A stretch of DNA of 64,000 bases, from contig CAWBZV010000005.1 in the NCBI GenBank assembly GCA_963793305.1, forward strand, positions 992,001 through 1,056,000, written 5' to 3'. This DNA is from an uncultured Gemmatimonadales bacterium (GTDB taxonomy: Bacteria > Gemmatimonadota > Gemmatimonadetes > Gemmatimonadales > Gemmatimonadaceae). The position numbers and the translations under genes were made by a program. The notes beneath the pieces were generated by a model. The model was not told the origin of the DNA. It saw nothing but the letters and a program-made list of their open reading frames with translations, and did no database searches. Shown one piece after another: positions 13,839-26,718 of this stretch (position 1 is the stretch's first letter; every line of letters begins with the position of its first letter).

Positions 13839-15354
13839 TCTCCTGCTGGTCCTGCTGACCGTCAGCGCGGCCCCCCGCGCTGGCGCGCAATTTGGTCTCG
13901 TTCAGTTGCCTCTGGACGATCCGGCCTACGTGCAGCTTGCCGCGCTCGAGCACATGGGATGTGCCGAGGCCCGCGTCTCTCCTCGACGTCCTTACGATGT
14001 CCGCTCCGTGCGCGACGCGCTGACGCGCGCGCGCGACGTCGCCGCCTGTCGCGGCCCGATCCTCGACGTCCTCACGAAGCGATTCGAGAAACGGAAGGCT
14101 GATATGCAGGGCGGGTTACGCGGTGGTGGCGAAGCCACCCTGCGCGCCACCGGTCTCACGGGCGGCGAATTCGAGCCGCTATGGAACGACATTCGCCCGA
14201 CCAACCAGGGTGACCCACCAGCCGTCGGGATCGTGCACGGCCGCCTGACGTGGGGTGACGGCTCGGCCGACCAGGTCGTCGCCGTAGGCGACGCCTACGG
14301 TGAGACGGGATCGCGCAACGATCCCACCGTGCGCGCACGAGAGTTCCGCCACACATCCGGCGTGTTCGACATTGGCGAGGCGTACCTCTCGGGCCGCGTC
14401 GGCCCGTTCGAAGGCACGATCGGTCGCGGCGAGGAGGCCTGGTTGGGCGAGGGGCGGGAATCGCTGTTCCTATCTGCGAACGGTCCACCGATGGACCGCA
14501 TCACGGGCAGCGTATCGACGCACGACTTCGAGGCCCGAGTGCTGCTCGGGTCGCTCGACGACGTCGTCCTCGACTCCGCCCAGGACAACATTGTTGGCAC
14601 GCAAAGCATTCAGCGCTATTATCGCTACCTGGCCGCCGGCGCCATCACGTGGCGCCCGAATCGGGTGGTCGAAGCGACGATCGGGACACTCGCCATACTG
14701 CCATCCGCCTCCCGCGCCCTCGATCTTTTCTACGTCAACCCGTTCAGCCCGTATCCGGACACGACTCGCAAGCTCGTCAACGTCACCGACCACGTCGAGA
14801 CGTTCGGTGGCTTGCGCGTCCGCGCGGGTGTCGCGACGTTCGACGGCGAGTTGCTCGCCGATCAGCAATTGAAGTCGGACCATATCGGGTACCTCTTCAC
14901 CGCCACGACGCCACTGCCGACCCACATCCCCGTCAGCCTCGATGCGACATTCGAGCATATCGGGCGCGAGACCTATACGAGCCAATACTACGCGAGCGTG
15001 CCGGAGCACTACGGCGTGCCCCTGGGTTCCGTGCTCGGCCCCGACGCCGAGCTCGGGAAGGTCGGCGCCGAGGTGTTCGTCGCAGGGCCCCTGCGCGTGG
15101 CCGGCGACATTGGCATTCGGCGTCGGGGGCGCGTCCGAATCGACGAGCGCCCCGCCCAACCCAGCTCGGGCCCTGACACCCCGGAGCAACGCGCGACGAT
15201 CGGTGACCTTACGATTCAGTTCCTGACCCCCGTCGTCCCGGTGACCCTCCGGTTCTCAGGTGCGACGGTGACGAACGCGAACAACGTCGCGTCGCCGTCG
15301 TCGTCCTATGGTCAGACCCAAATCATCGCCAGCTATGCGTTTCGGTATCCATAA
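13699..15354 (+). CDS. Outer-membrane protein, capsule assembly Wzi-like; true start uncertain (probably ~13820-13850)
   Basis: Signal-like LLLVLLTVSAAPRAGAQ, WLGEGRESLFLSANGPP, PLGSVLGPD, C-terminal YAFRY; next to wza/wzc. Confidence 0.6.
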   Translation: MSSSPTTARSIISSLSTTRTWSLIRGTLPPASAIRRRVSFLCRPRPDLLLVLLTVSAAPRAGAQFGLVQLPLDDPAYVQLAALEHMGCAEARVSPRRPYDVRSVRDALTRARDVAACRGPILDVLTKRFEKRKADMQGGLRGGGEATLRATGLTGGEFEPLWNDIRPTNQGDPPAVGIVHGRLTWGDGSADQVVAVGDAYGETGSRNDPTVRAREFRHTSGVFDIGEAYLSGRVGPFEGTIGRGEEAWLGEGRESLFLSANGPPMDRITGSVSTHDFEARVLLGSLDDVVLDSAQDNIVGTQSIQRYYRYLAAGAITWRPNRVVEATIGTLAILPSASRALDLFYVNPFSPYPDTTRKLVNVTDHVETFGGLRVRAGVATFDGELLADQQLKSDHIGYLFTATTPLPTHIPVSLDATFEHIGRETYTSQYYASVPEHYGVPLGSVLGPDAELGKVGAEVFVAGPLRVAGDIGIRRRGRVRIDERPAQPSSGPDTPEQRATIGDLTIQFLTPVVPVTLRFSGATVTNANNVASPSSSYGQTQIIASYAFRYP

Positions 15355-15997
15355 AATCGCCCTTGCCTGCCTGGTGACGGCGACGTCCGTGGCGGGCCAG
15401 GATCTCCCGAGCCCGCCAGTGATCGACACCGCCGCGCGACCGACCGGTGCACTGCGCCAGGGCGATATTTTGAACCTCAAGGTCTACCGCGACTCCGAGC
15501 TCAGCGGGAAGTACTTGATCGATGCCAAGGGCGAAGTGCAGATCCCGGGTCTCGGCACGATCCGCGCTGCGGGTCTCACGCCAAGCCAGGTCTCGGACCG
15601 CATGGTGGACGCCATGCGGGTTCGCGGGTTTCGCGATCCGGAGCTCGCGGTTCAGCCACAAATCCGGGTCTCGGTGCTCGGCGAGGTCCGGCTTCCCGAG
15701 CTGTACTCGGTGGACCCCGGCGTCAGCCTGATCCAGCTCCTGACGCTCGCCGGCGGCCCAAGTGACCGCGCGGACCTCAAACACACGCGCGTGATCCGAG
15801 ACGGTCGGGAGTTCATCATCGATTTGCAGAGCGCGCTGACCGGCAGTCCGGCGGGACGCGTGGGCCTCTATTCGAATGACGTGGTGTACATTCCGAGGCG
15901 AAGTGGTCTCACACGGGAGAACGCCACATTCATCCTCAGTATCATTAGCACCGGTCTGACGGTCGTGACGGCCATCCTGGTCCTTTCCAAGTACTAA
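15335..15997 (+). CDS. Polysaccharide export protein (Poly_export + SLBB; Wza-like)
   Basis: LRQGDILNLKVY…IDAKGEVQIPGLG, VSVLGEV…AGG; signal peptide. Confidence 0.85.
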   Translation: MRFGIHKIALACLVTATSVAGQDLPSPPVIDTAARPTGALRQGDILNLKVYRDSELSGKYLIDAKGEVQIPGLGTIRAAGLTPSQVSDRMVDAMRVRGFRDPELAVQPQIRVSVLGEVRLPELYSVDPGVSLIQLLTLAGGPSDRADLKHTRVIRDGREFIIDLQSALTGSPAGRVGLYSNDVVYIPRRSGLTRENATFILSIISTGLTVVTAILVLSKY

Positions 15998-18357
15998 ATG
16001 AGCGAGAACGGGGCCGGTTCAGGCGCAGAGACGGGAGTCCGAGAGACGACGATCCGCGATGTCTTCTCGGCGACTCGCCGTCGCCGCGGAGCCGCGTTCG
16101 CGATCTTCGCCGTCGTGCTCTCCGTTGGCACCTGGAAGACCATGACCGAGGAGCGTGTCTACGTCGCGGCGGTCACGGTCCGGGTCTCACAGAACACGCA
16201 ATCGCCGATGACGGGCGTGCCCGTCTCGACACCCGACTACGATTTCCGGGTCGACCCGCTCGTCTCCGAGCAGCAGGTCATCAAGAGCAAGCTGATCGCC
16301 ACGCGCACGGCCGAGATGGCCGGCGCCCGGCTCATCATCATGCAGCCGCAGCACCTGCTGCTGAGCACCTTGGTCGGCGAGAACCCGGTGGTCGTGAAGC
16401 CCCAGGCGCACGATGCAGACTATCGCCTGACGCTGTCGGACAGCACCTATCTCATTCGGTTGGGCACGATCCGGTATGGTCCGGTGAAGTACGGCGCGCC
16501 GCTCGATGCCGGCGACATCTCGATCACCATACCGGCCCGTCCCGGGATCAAAGCGCGTGAGGTCCAGCTGCGCGTCGCGCCGCTCGAGGCCGTCGCCCAG
16601 GATCTGCAGGGGTTGATCGCGACCCGCGTGCTGGCGCAAACCGACATCATCGAGATATCGGTCTTCGGCACCGATCCAGTACGGGTGCGAGACATGGCGA
16701 ACGATCTGGCCCAGGTGTACGGCGACTACTCGAAGGAGCAGGGGCTGATCACGGCGGCCGCCCGCACCGCGTTCATCCGCACGGCGCTCACCGAGCAGGG
16801 CCAGCAGCTCGCGCAAGCGCAAGACTCGTTGCGCCGGTTCCAGGAACACAATCAGTCGTCGGACGTTCAGCGCCGAAGCCACGGCGATTCTCCAGGCCAT
16901 TTATTCGTACGACACGAAGCGTGGCGAGTTGACGCTCCAGCAGCGCGTCTATCAGGAGCTGGTCGGGAAGCTGGAGCAAACCGATACGACGGACATTGAG
17001 ATGCGGAAGCTCGTCGGCACCGATGCGGTGAAAGACAACCGTGCGGTCGCCGATCTGTATCAACGGTGGTTCGACCTGGAACGCATTCCGGCAACAGCTG
17101 ATGCTGACCCGGAACGGCAAGAATCGGGATGTGCAAGCGATCGATAGTACGATCGCGGCCACGAAAACGTACCTCAAGAACGCGAGCGGCCTCTATCTCC
17201 AGAGCCTGGCCAGTCGTGTCACGTCGATCGATACGAACATTGCCGACCTGCGGCATCAGGCCGAACAGTTCCCGCCACTCGTCGCGCGGCAAGCCCGGTT
17301 GGACGAGAACGTGCACACGATGCAGGCGGGATATGAGAACCTGCTGTCGCAGTATCAGCTCTCGCGTATCGGCGAATCCGCGGAGACCGGGCGTGTTCGC
17401 GTCATCGACGCCGCCGTGCTCCCGACCGTTCCGATATCGCCACACCGGAAGCGGTCCGTCTTCCTCGCGGCCGTGATCGGTCTCGCGCTCGCCGTCGGGG
17501 GCGCCGCCCTCCTGGACCGGTTCGACGACTCCGTCCAGACACCGGACGAGATCCGCGACCGTCTCCACTTGCCCCTCCTCGGGTCGATCCCGCGCGTCAA
17601 GCACACACCCCAGCACGACGCGGCCCGGCTCGTGACGCACGTCGAGCCCCAGTCGCTCGTTGCCGAGGCGTTCCGCTCCCTGCGCACCAATCTCGCGTTC
17701 GCGCGCGCGCACCAGGACTTGCGGACGATCGTCGTCACGAGCGCGGCGCCCGGAGATGGGAAGTCCACGATCGCCGTCAACCTGGCCACGACCTTCGCTC
17801 AACAGGGTCAGCGGACGTTGCTGATCGACGCCGACCTCCGCCGCGCGGTCATCGACCGCACGTTCGATATCCCGCGGAGCCCGGGGTTGACCGAGTTCCT
17901 CGTCGGCAGCCACACGCTCGAAGCGGTCGCTCGGGAGACCGATGTTCCCAACTTGTTCATTCTGCCGAGCGGACACTTTCCCCCGAACCCATTGGAGCTG
18001 CTCGGCTCCCAGCAGATGCGGGCAGGGCTCGAGGCGGCGACGAAAGCGTTCGACATGGTATTGATCGATTCGCCGCCAGTGCTGGCCGTCACCGACGCGT
18101 CGGTGCTTTCGGCGCACGTCGACGGCACCATCATCGTGGTCCGACTCGGGGTATCCGCGCGCGAGGCGGTCAGCCGCTCCGTGTCACAACTCCGCGTTGT
18201 CAATGGCCGGATCCTGGGCGCGGTGCTCAACGCGGTCGATTTCCGATCGAGCGCGTATCACGGCGGTTACGGTTACTACTATCAGCGGTTTTACGGAGAT
18301 GAATCCGACGGCAAGCGTGGAAAGCGTGGAAAACGTCGCGCCAGCCGTGTAGGCTAA
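15998..18357 (+). CDS. Polysaccharide co-polymerase/BY-kinase (Wzc-like); +1 frameshifts at ~16866 and ~17086
   Basis: Two TM segments around a coiled-coil periplasmic region, EAFRSLRTNL, Walker A APGDGKST, LIDADLRR, IDSPP, Tyr cluster YHGGYGYYY. Confidence 0.88.
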
Positions 18358-18361
18358 TGCG

Positions 18362-19663
18362 ATGAATATTACCGTCGTGGGAAGCGGATACGTCGGCCTC
18401 GTGGTCGGTGCGTGTCTGGCCGAAACCGGGAACGACGTCGTCTGCGCCGACGTGGATCCAAATAAAATTGAGGGACTGAAGCACAATCGTCTCCCGATCT
18501 ACGAGCCCGGCCTCGAGCCGCTCGTCGAGCGCAACCAACACCAGTCGCGTTTGTTGTTCACGACGGATATCCCGCACGCGATTGCATCCGCGCATGTGGT
18601 ATTCATCGCGGTCGGCACACCACCCGATGAGGATGGCTCTGCTGACCTCCGTCACGTGCTCGCCGTTGCCGAAGAAATCGGCAAGCACATGAAGCGCGAG
18701 CTGGTCATCGTGACGAAATCCACCGTCCCGGTGGGGACAGCTGGAAAAGTCGCCGACGCCGTTAGCAAGCACGCCAAGCACCGGTTCCACATGTGCAGCA
18801 ACCCGGAGTTTTTGAAAGAGGGTGATGCCGTGGATGATTTCATGAAGCCGGATCGAGTCGTCCTGGGTGTCGCCTCGGATTTCGCGCGCTCGGTCATGGC
18901 CGAGTTGTACGCGCCGTTCGTTCGCACCGGCAAGCCGATCATCTTCATGGACATTGCCTCGGCCGAGATGACGAAGTACGCGGCCAATGCGATGCTCGCC
19001 ACGCGCATCAGTTTCATGAACGAGATCGCGCGGCTCTGCGAAACGGTCGGCGCCAACGTTGATGCCGTCCGCCGGGGCATCGGCAGCGACGACCGCATCG
19101 GCCCGTCGTTCTTGTTCCCCGGGCCAGGCTACGGCGGCTCGTGCTTCCCGAAAGACGTCCAGGCGCTGATTCGTACCGCGCAACAGGTCCACGTCCCGCT
19201 CGAAGTCGTCTCGGCGGTCGAAAAAGCGAACGAGCGTCAAAAACACGTCCTATTCGAAAAGACGACGAAGGCCCTGGGTGGCTCGATCAAAGGCGCGTTG
19301 ATCGCCGTATGGGGTTTGGCATTCAAGCCCCAGACCGACGACATGCGCGAAGCCCCGGCGCTGACGCTGATCGATGAGTTGCTGGCGGCAGGAGCCACGG
19401 TGAAAGCGCACGACCCGGTCGCCGAGCACGAAGCACGGCGGCGGTTGGGTGATCGCATCGCCTACGCCGATTCGAACTACGACGCCGCACACGGCGCCGA
19501 TGCCCTCATCGTCGTCACCGACTGGAACGAGTATCGCCACCCGGATTTCCAGCGGATCAAGCAGGCGCTCAAGCGCCCGGTCTTGATCGACGGTCGCAAC
19601 CTCTACGACCCGCAACAGATGCGCACCCTCGGCTTCACGTACGACTCGATCGGACGCGTCTGA
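18362..19663 (+). CDS. ugd: UDP-glucose 6-dehydrogenase
   Basis: [36 protein letters not shown]. Confidence 0.93.
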   Translation: MNITVVGSGYVGLVVGACLAETGNDVVCADVDPNKIEGLKHNRLPIYEPGLEPLVERNQHQSRLLFTTDIPHAIASAHVVFIAVGTPPDEDGSADLRHVLAVAEEIGKHMKRELVIVTKSTVPVGTAGKVADAVSKHAKHRFHMCSNPEFLKEGDAVDDFMKPDRVVLGVASDFARSVMAELYAPFVRTGKPIIFMDIASAEMTKYAANAMLATRISFMNEIARLCETVGANVDAVRRGIGSDDRIGPSFLFPGPGYGGSCFPKDVQALIRTAQQVHVPLEVVSAVEKANERQKHVLFEKTTKALGGSIKGALIAVWGLAFKPQTDDMREAPALTLIDELLAAGATVKAHDPVAEHEARRRLGDRIAYADSNYDAAHGADALIVVTDWNEYRHPDFQRIKQALKRPVLIDGRNLYDPQQMRTLGFTYDSIGRV

Positions 19664-19667
19664 GCCC

Positions 19668-20630
19668 ATGCGTGTCTTGATCACCGGCGCGGCCGGGTTC
19701 CTCGGCTCCCACCTGGCGGACCGATTCCTCGCCGAAGGCCATGCGGTCGTCGGGCTGGATAACTTCGTGACGGGCCACCCGGACAACATCGCGCACTTGA
19801 TGGGCCGTCCGGACTTCGAGTTCCTGCGGCACAACATCTCGACCTACACGTTCGTGGCGGGCCCGCTCGACGGCGTGCTGCACTTCGCCTCCCCCGCGAG
19901 CCCGGTCGACTACCTCGAGCATCCGATCCCCACGCTCAAGGTTGGGGCTCTGGGCACCCACAATGCCCTGGGTCTCGCCAAAGCCAAAGGCGCCCGGTTC
20001 TTCCTGGCATCCACGTCGGAAGTCTACGGCGACCCGCTTGTGCACCCCCAAACGGAGTCCTATTGGGGGAATGTCAATCCGATTGGACCGCGTGGCGTGT
20101 ACGACGAGGCCAAGCGGTACGCCGAGGCGATGACCATGGCCTATCATCGCTTTCACGGGATCGACACGCGAATCGTTCGCATCTTCAACACGTACGGCCC
20201 GCGGATGCGCCCGCGGGATGGCCGCGTGGTATCCAACTTCATCGTCCAGGCGCTGACTGGCGAGCCGATCACGATCTACGGCAACGGCTCGCAGACCCGC
20301 AGCTTTTGTTACGTCGACGACGAGGTCGAGGGTATCTACCGCCTCTTCATGCGGGGCGACGCCGAGCCGACGAACATCGGCAATCCGGACGAGTACACGG
20401 TGAAACAACTCGCGGAGATCGTCGTCGAGTTGACGGGCACAAAGTCCCCGATCGTGTACCGTGACCTGCCTGAAGATGACCCCAAAGTTCGCCGCCCCGA
20501 TATCACGCGCGCATGCGGTCTCCTCGGCTGGACCCCAAAGGTCCCGGTCCGCGAGGGCGTCGCAAAGACTATCGAGTACTTCCGGGGGCTCATCGGAGCA
20601 GGCCGTGTGGGGCCCGCGCGTGACGCGTGA
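19668..20630 (+). CDS. UDP-glucuronate decarboxylase (UDP-xylose synthase family)
   Basis: [55 protein letters not shown]. Confidence 0.9.
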   Translation: MRVLITGAAGFLGSHLADRFLAEGHAVVGLDNFVTGHPDNIAHLMGRPDFEFLRHNISTYTFVAGPLDGVLHFASPASPVDYLEHPIPTLKVGALGTHNALGLAKAKGARFFLASTSEVYGDPLVHPQTESYWGNVNPIGPRGVYDEAKRYAEAMTMAYHRFHGIDTRIVRIFNTYGPRMRPRDGRVVSNFIVQALTGEPITIYGNGSQTRSFCYVDDEVEGIYRLFMRGDAEPTNIGNPDEYTVKQLAEIVVELTGTKSPIVYRDLPEDDPKVRRPDITRACGLLGWTPKVPVREGVAKTIEYFRGLIGAGRVGPARDA

Positions 20631-21355
20631 GTAGCCAGTCGCGCGAATTAATCGACCTGGCCCCTGATGCCCTCGAGCGGGCTCGCGAGCGGTTCGCGGT
20701 CCGTGATTACCATGGCGCTGTCCTCCTGTTGCAAGAAGTTATCGGCAGTGGCATTGGCTACGCCGACGCCTACAACCTGTTCGGGTTGTCCCTGGCGATG
20801 GTGGACCGTCCCAACGAGGCGCTGACCGCGTTCGACCAGGCGCTCGAGCGAAACCAGCTTTACGTCGAGGCGCACCTCAACCGCGCGGTGCTGCTCAACG
20901 GTCTGGGTCGGACCGAGGAAGCCGCGGCCTCGTTCGCGATCGCCGAGGCGCTCGGTCGCCCCGACGAGACCGGATTCCCGGTCGTGGTCGGCAATCGCCT
21001 CGCCAACGCGCACGCCGCGCTTGGGGACGAGTACCGGAACGCCGGAGCCCACGCAGAGGCGATCGCCCAATATCAGCGCGCGCTCCAGATGCGGCCCGGT
21101 TACGTCGACATTGGGCTGTCCCTCGCCCGCACGCTGCTCGAAGCACAACAGTACGAGGAGGCTGCCCGGGCACTCGACGCCGTGCTCGCGGTCCGGCCGA
21201 CGCTCCTGGATGCCCTCTTGCTGCGGGGTCTGGCCTCCTATCTTCATGGAGAGCACGCCACGGCCGGTCGGGTCTGGGACCGGGCTGCCGAGGTACATCC
21301 GGGCGATCCGCGGGTAGAAACCTATCGATCGATGCTGGCCCGCCAGGGTCTCTAA
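20627..21355 (+). CDS. Tetratricopeptide repeat protein
   Basis: TPR-like repeats (ADAYNLFG…[19 protein letters not shown]). Confidence 0.8.
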   Translation: MSSQSRELIDLAPDALERARERFAVRDYHGAVLLLQEVIGSGIGYADAYNLFGLSLAMVDRPNEALTAFDQALERNQLYVEAHLNRAVLLNGLGRTEEAAASFAIAEALGRPDETGFPVVVGNRLANAHAALGDEYRNAGAHAEAIAQYQRALQMRPGYVDIGLSLARTLLEAQQYEEAARALDAVLAVRPTLLDALLLRGLASYLHGEHATAGRVWDRAAEVHPGDPRVETYRSMLARQGL

Positions 21356-21374
21356 TCAGCCATATTACGGGTAC

Positions 21375-22145
21375 ATGCGGTTCTTGCGCAGATCATATGT
21401 CCTTACCGCCGCGCTCGGCTTGGCTGCCTGCGCGGGACACTTGGACGTGGCCAAGTTCAAGGGCACGAACGAGGAGCTGTACAGTCGCTCGTTGAACGCC
21501 TACACGAAACACAACTGGGACGATGCGGTGGCGGGGTTCGAAAAATTGACCCTGGAGCTGCCCGCGCACGACACCTTGTTGTCGCGCTCCCAGTACTATC
21601 TCGGCGAAGCCCACGAGCATCGCGCGGAGTACTTGTTGGCCGCCCAGAGCTATTCACGGTTGGCCGAGTCGTTCCCCGATGATTCGTTGGCCGACCGCGC
21701 GCTGTATAATGCCGGCCGCAGCTATCAGAAGATGTGGCATCGCCCCGCCCTCGACGCCTCGAACGGCGAAGCGGCGCTGACGTCCTATCAGCAGCTCCTG
21801 TCGCTCTATCCGGGCTCGGCCCTCGCTGCTGACGCGAACAACCAGATCGGCCGCCTCGACGAGTGGTTCGCGCAGAAGGATTACGCGAACGGCGTACACT
21901 ACTACAAGCGCCACGCGTTCGACTCGGCGATCATCTATCTCAAAGACGTGGTCAAGAATTATCCGACGACGGCGACCGCCCGCCGCGCCCAGCTCAAGCT
22001 CGTCGACGCCTATCGCGCGATCCGATATCGCGACGACGCGAACGACGTTTGCGCGCAGTTGCGGACCGCCTTTCCGGGAGACCGCGAAGTCCGCGAACGG
22101 TGCGGCGTCGCCACCGCCAGCGTGCAGAGCGGCTCCAAGCCGTAA
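21375..22145 (+). CDS. bamD: Outer membrane protein assembly lipoprotein BamD
   Basis: Lipobox LAAC, TPRs, A+.Y.K…SAIIYLKDVVKNYP pattern. Confidence 0.82.
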   Translation: MRFLRRSYVLTAALGLAACAGHLDVAKFKGTNEELYSRSLNAYTKHNWDDAVAGFEKLTLELPAHDTLLSRSQYYLGEAHEHRAEYLLAAQSYSRLAESFPDDSLADRALYNAGRSYQKMWHRPALDASNGEAALTSYQQLLSLYPGSALAADANNQIGRLDEWFAQKDYANGVHYYKRHAFDSAIIYLKDVVKNYPTTATARRAQLKLVDAYRAIRYRDDANDVCAQLRTAFPGDREVRERCGVATASVQSGSKP

Positions 22146-22157
22146 CCGAACGTAGAG

Positions 22158-22760
22158 GTGCGCCTCGGCATCTTCGGTGGCACCTTCGACCCGCCGCACA
22201 TCGGTCACCTACTCGTGGCAACGGATGCGTTCGAAGCCCTATCGCTCACGCGCCTCGTTTTCGTTCCAACGGGTCGCCAGCCCTTGAAGGCCGACGTCAT
22301 CACGGCACCCGCCGCCGCGCGCCTGGCCATGACGCGCCGGCTCGTTGGCGACGATGAGCGGTTCGGCGTCGACTCCATCGAAATCGACCGGGATGGGTTA
22401 TCTTTCACGATCGACACGTTGAGGGCCTTCGCGGAGCGTGAGCCGGAGGCCGAGCGGTACTTCCTGCTGGGTGCCGATGCCTGGCGCTCGTTTCCGCGTT
22501 GGCGCTCGCCCGACGAGATCATGCGACTGGCGACCGTAGTGGTGCTGACGCGAGGTGGCGAGCCGATCGGCCCCGTCTCGTCCGGCTTGCGGGCGCCTCG
22601 CGTGTTGCCGACGCGTCGGATTGACATCTCGTCGACCGAAATCCGCTCTCGCGTGCGCGCCGGGTTGTCGTTGCGCGGCTTCGTACCTGAGGCGGTGCGG
22701 GAGTACATAGAAAGGAACGGTTTGTACCACGAGGACGGGTATGCTGAAACGGCTGATTAG
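22158..22760 (+). CDS. nadD: Nicotinate-nucleotide adenylyltransferase
   Basis: [32 protein letters not shown]. Confidence 0.95.
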   Translation: MRLGIFGGTFDPPHIGHLLVATDAFEALSLTRLVFVPTGRQPLKADVITAPAAARLAMTRRLVGDDERFGVDSIEIDRDGLSFTIDTLRAFAEREPEAERYFLLGADAWRSFPRWRSPDEIMRLATVVVLTRGGEPIGPVSSGLRAPRVLPTRRIDISSTEIRSRVRAGLSLRGFVPEAVREYIERNGLYHEDGYAETAD

Positions 22761-25700
22761 CGGGGTCTTCGGAACCCGTCATGAACGCGAACGAAAGCGC
22801 ATCCAACCGCTCGTTGATGCCATCAATGAGCACTACGAGCGCCTGCATGGCGTATCCGAAGAAGAGTTGCGCGGTCAGACCGCCAAATTCCGCGCCATAC
22901 TCACCGAACGGACGCAGGCGCTCGAGGCGCAGGTCGCCGAGCTGAAGGCCGCCAAGCGCGCGGCCGCTGATCCGGCCGAGCGCGATCGTTTGGACAACGA
23001 GTTGATAGGGGGCGATGGTCGCGGTGGCGCCGAAGGCGCCCTGCGTGAAGCGACCTCGGATGCGCTGTACGAGATGCTGCCGGAGGCGTTCGCGACGGTG
23101 CGTGAAGCATCCCGTCGGCTCGTCGGCACGACGGTCCTGGTGACCGGCCACGACATCGAGTGGAACATGGTGCCGTACGATGTTCAGCTCATGGGCGGCA
23201 TCGAGCTCCACCTGGGCAAGATCGCCGAGATGGCGACGGGCGAGGGCAAGACGCTGGTCGCCACGCTGCCATTGTACCTGAACGCGCTGTCCGGCAAAGG
23301 CGCGCACCTCGTGACCGTGAACACGTACCTGGCCCGACGCGACTCCCAATGGATGGGTCACGTCTACACGTACCTGGGCCTGACGGTCGGATGTCTCGAT
23401 GACACCGAGCCGGGGACGCCGGAACGACGCGCGGCGTACCTGTGTGATATCACGTACGGCACGAACAACGAGTTCGGGTTCGACTATCTCCGCGACAACA
23501 TGGTCGTGTCGCTGGAGCAACGCGTCCAACGCAGCCACACGTACGCGATTGTCGACGAAGTCGACTCGGTCCTGATCGACGAAGCGCGAACCCCGCTCAT
23601 TATCTCGGGCCCGGTCGGCAACGAGAGCGACGCCCAATACGCCGAGTACAACGCGGCGATCGGCCGGCTGGTGCGCAAGCAGACGGACCTCGCGAATGGG
23701 CTCGTCTCCGAGGGCGAACGCCAGCTGGAGGCGGGCGAGTCGGCCGAGGGTGGCCTCCTCCTCTACAAGGCGCAGCTCGGGAGCCCGAAGAACAAGCGCC
23801 TGCTCAAACTGCTGCAAGAGCAGGGCGTCAAGGCGCTCGTGCAGAAGGCCGAGCTCGACGTGATCGGCGATCGCAAGCTTTCGCCGAGCAAGCAGCAGTT
23901 TCGCGATCTCGAAGACGACCTGTTGTTCGTCCTCGACGAACGAGGGCATACGGTCCACCTGACCGACCGTGGCGTCGACTTCATGTCGCCCGACGACCAC
24001 GATGCATTCGTGCTCCCCGATATTTCGAGCGAAGTCCATCGCATCGACAAGAACGAGTCGATGACGCCGCAGGAAAAGATCGATGGGCGCCGGAAGATCG
24101 AGGGCGAGTACGCGGCCAAGAGCGAGAAGCTCAACATCGTCCACCAGTTGCTCCGCGCGCACGCGCTCTACGAGCGCGACGTGAACTATGTCGTGCAAGA
24201 CGGCCAGGTGCTGATCGTCGACGAGTTCACGGGGCGCACGATGCCCGGTCGGCGTTGGTCGGAGGGCCTCCATCAGGCGGTGGAGGCAAAAGAAGGCGTG
24301 CAGGTGAAGGGCGAGACCCAGACGATGGCGACGATCACCATCCAGAACTACTTCCGGATGTACGACAAGCTCGCCGGCATGACGGGTACGGCGGAGACGG
24401 AAGAGACCGAATTTTTTGAAATTTACAAGTTGGACGTCTCGGTCATCCCGACGAACAAAAACGTCATTCGCGACGACCGCCACGATCTCGTCTACAAGAC
24501 GCGCCGTGAGAAGTACAACGCCATTCTGGAAGAGACGCGCCGCCTGCACGACCTGGGCTACCCCGTCTTGGTCGGTACGGTCAATGTCGAGGTATCGGAA
24601 ACCCTGTCGCGTATGTTCAAGCGCGCGGGACTGCCGCACCAAGTCCTGAACGCCAAGTACCACCAGAAGGAAGCCGAGATCGTTGCCGGAGCCGGTCAGT
24701 CGGGCTCAGTGACGATCGCCACGAACATGGCCGGCCGCGGCACGGATATTAAGCTCGGTTCCGGGGTGATCGAGTCGAAGCCGTCCATCGTCAAAGACGA
24801 AGACAACAAGCCGGTCGACGTCGTCGAATGCGGCGGGTTGCATATCATTGGCTCCGAGCGCCACGAGTCCCGGCGTATCGACCGGCAGTTGCGTGGTCGC
24901 GCGGGCCGCCAGGGAGATCCCGGCGCGTCGCAGTTCTTCCTGTCGCTCGAAGACGATCTGATGCGGCTGTTCGGCTCCGAGCGGATCGCGAAGCTGATGG
25001 ACAGCATGGGCGCGCAAGAAGGCGAGATGCTGACGCACCCGTTGATCACCCGATCGATCGAGCAAGCGCAAAAGCGGGTCGAGCTGCAGCACTTCCAATC
25101 CCGCAAGCGGCTGCTCGAATACGACGACGTGATGAACCAGCAGCGCGAGGTCATCTACTCGCTGCGCACGTTCGCGCTCGAGGGCGGGGAAGAGCTCAAG
25201 GGCGAAGCCCAGCGGATGATCGAGAAAGCGGTCGGGCGGCGGGTCGAGCTCGCGCTCGTCGAGTACGACTCGGATCCGGATATCGATCTGGGGCTCATCC
25301 GCCAAGAGCTGCTGATGCACTATCTCGTGACGGTGCCGGCGCTCGAGGCCGAGCTCCGCCCGGCGTCGATGTCCGACGCGGTGCGGGACGCGGTCGCGGC
25401 AGGGCATCAGGCGTTCTCGAACAAGATGACGAATCTCGCCGAGTTCGCCGATCAGCTCCTGTCACTGGTCATGCTGCAGGTGCTCGACGAGAAGTGGAAG
25501 GATCACCTGTACGATCTCGACCAACTCCGCGCCGGCATCACGTATCGGTCGTGGGGGCAGAAGGACCCGTTGATCGAGTACAAGCAGGAAGCGTACAGCA
25601 TGTTCGTCGATCTCATGGCGGACATCTACAACACGTTCACCGAGCGCTTCCTGCGGGCCCAGATCGTCTTCCAACCCCCGGCGCCTCCTCCGCAGCAGCC

Positions 25701-25974
25701 GGCCTCGAACACACAAACCGGGCGCAAACCAACCAAACGCTACGACGCGCTTGGCATGTTGGAGGACGTCCCCGAAGGGGAGGACGAGAAAAAGAAGGAG
25801 AGCAAGAAAGAAGAGACCGAGGCCGTGGACACGGGCCCAGCCGAATCCCCTCCGTCAGGCCGGACGAAGTCCAAGCCGGACCCAGCCGTAAGCAACTCAA
25901 ACGTGGGCCGAAACGACCCATGCCCCTGCGGATCAGGCAAGAAATACAAAAAGTGCCACGGGGTCGCTGCCTAG
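22741..25974 (+). CDS. secA: Preprotein translocase ATPase SecA (long form, SEC-C Zn tail)
   Basis: [58 protein letters not shown]. Confidence 0.98.
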   Translation: MLKRLISGVFGTRHERERKRIQPLVDAINEHYERLHGVSEEELRGQTAKFRAILTERTQALEAQVAELKAAKRAAADPAERDRLDNELIGGDGRGGAEGALREATSDALYEMLPEAFATVREASRRLVGTTVLVTGHDIEWNMVPYDVQLMGGIELHLGKIAEMATGEGKTLVATLPLYLNALSGKGAHLVTVNTYLARRDSQWMGHVYTYLGLTVGCLDDTEPGTPERRAAYLCDITYGTNNEFGFDYLRDNMVVSLEQRVQRSHTYAIVDEVDSVLIDEARTPLIISGPVGNESDAQYAEYNAAIGRLVRKQTDLANGLVSEGERQLEAGESAEGGLLLYKAQLGSPKNKRLLKLLQEQGVKALVQKAELDVIGDRKLSPSKQQFRDLEDDLLFVLDERGHTVHLTDRGVDFMSPDDHDAFVLPDISSEVHRIDKNESMTPQEKIDGRRKIEGEYAAKSEKLNIVHQLLRAHALYERDVNYVVQDGQVLIVDEFTGRTMPGRRWSEGLHQAVEAKEGVQVKGETQTMATITIQNYFRMYDKLAGMTGTAETEETEFFEIYKLDVSVIPTNKNVIRDDRHDLVYKTRREKYNAILEETRRLHDLGYPVLVGTVNVEVSETLSRMFKRAGLPHQVLNAKYHQKEAEIVAGAGQSGSVTIATNMAGRGTDIKLGSGVIESKPSIVKDEDNKPVDVVECGGLHIIGSERHESRRIDRQLRGRAGRQGDPGASQFFLSLEDDLMRLFGSERIAKLMDSMGAQEGEMLTHPLITRSIEQAQKRVELQHFQSRKRLLEYDDVMNQQREVIYSLRTFALEGGEELKGEAQRMIEKAVGRRVELALVEYDSDPDIDLGLIRQELLMHYLVTVPALEAELRPASMSDAVRDAVAAGHQAFSNKMTNLAEFADQLLSLVMLQVLDEKWKDHLYDLDQLRAGITYRSWGQKDPLIEYKQEAYSMFVDLMADIYNTFTERFLRAQIVFQPPAPPPQQPASNTQTGRKPTKRYDALGMLEDVPEGEDEKKKESKKEETEAVDTGPAESPPSGRTKSKPDPAVSNSNVGRNDPCPCGSGKKYKKCHGVAA

Positions 25975-26013
25975 CGATGAGGCCCGCCGGGCAATGCCAC
26001 CCGATCTTATGGC

Positions 26014-26718
26014 ATGCCTGGCGAGTCCTCCTGTCCGACGTTAGCTATTAGACGGTTACCCAAGAGTGACAGGCCGCGCGAGCGGCTTTTCCAGTTCGGT
26101 GCCGAACGACTAACAACAGTTGAGCTCCTAGCCATCTTGGTAGGCAGCGGCGGCGCCGGTCACTCAGCGCTCGATACTGGCCGCGCCATTATGGCAGAGA
26201 CCGGCGGTTCCCTCCGGCGGTTGCGCTCCAGAACGCCGGCCGAACTGACTCATATCGCAGGCGTTGGACCTGCTAGAGCAACGATTCTGCACGCGGCGCT
26301 CGAGCTCGCGCGCCGCTGGTTGGAAGAAGGGTGCGAGGAGCGGCTGCGGGTGCGGTCGCCGATCGATATCGTGCTGAGATTCGCCCCGCGCATGCGGGAT
26401 CTGAGAGTGGAGGAATTTCACGTGATTGTCCTGGATACGCAGCATGGACTGCAGCGGGACATCACGGTGACACGCGGGTTGCTCAGCTCGTCGCCCGTGC
26501 ATACACGGGAGGTGTTCCAAGCGGCGATCGTCGAAGGCGCAGCGGCGATCGTGTTGCTCCACAATCATCCCAGTGGCGATCCGACTCCGTCGCCGGAAGA
26601 CCATGTCCTGACCCAGCGGCTCGCTACGGCAGGGCGTTTGCTCGACATTCCCGTGTACGATCACGTGATCGTCGGGCGGGATCGATATACGAGCTTTTTG
26701 GAGGAACAGTGGCTGTGA
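26014..26718 (+). CDS. radC: RadC (JAB/MPN domain) protein
   Basis: RPRERL, ELLAILVGSG, HhH IAGVGPA, HNHPSGDPTPSPED, DHVIVG. Confidence 0.93.
   Translation: MPGESSCPTLAIRRLPKSDRPRERLFQFGAERLTTVELLAILVGSGGAGHSALDTGRAIMAETGGSLRRLRSRTPAELTHIAGVGPARATILHAALELARRWLEEGCEERLRVRSPIDIVLRFAPRMRDLRVEEFHVIVLDTQHGLQRDITVTRGLLSSSPVHTREVFQAAIVEGAAAIVLLHNHPSGDPTPSPEDHVLTQRLATAGRLLDIPVYDHVIVGRDRYTSFLEEQWL

Noticed and set aside
22519..24663. Long antisense or alternate-frame ORFs (also 54677-56695, 57997-59610, 1215-2312 and many others)
   Set aside because: Shadow ORFs of high-GC coding strands; they overlap well-supported genes and have no recognisable motifs
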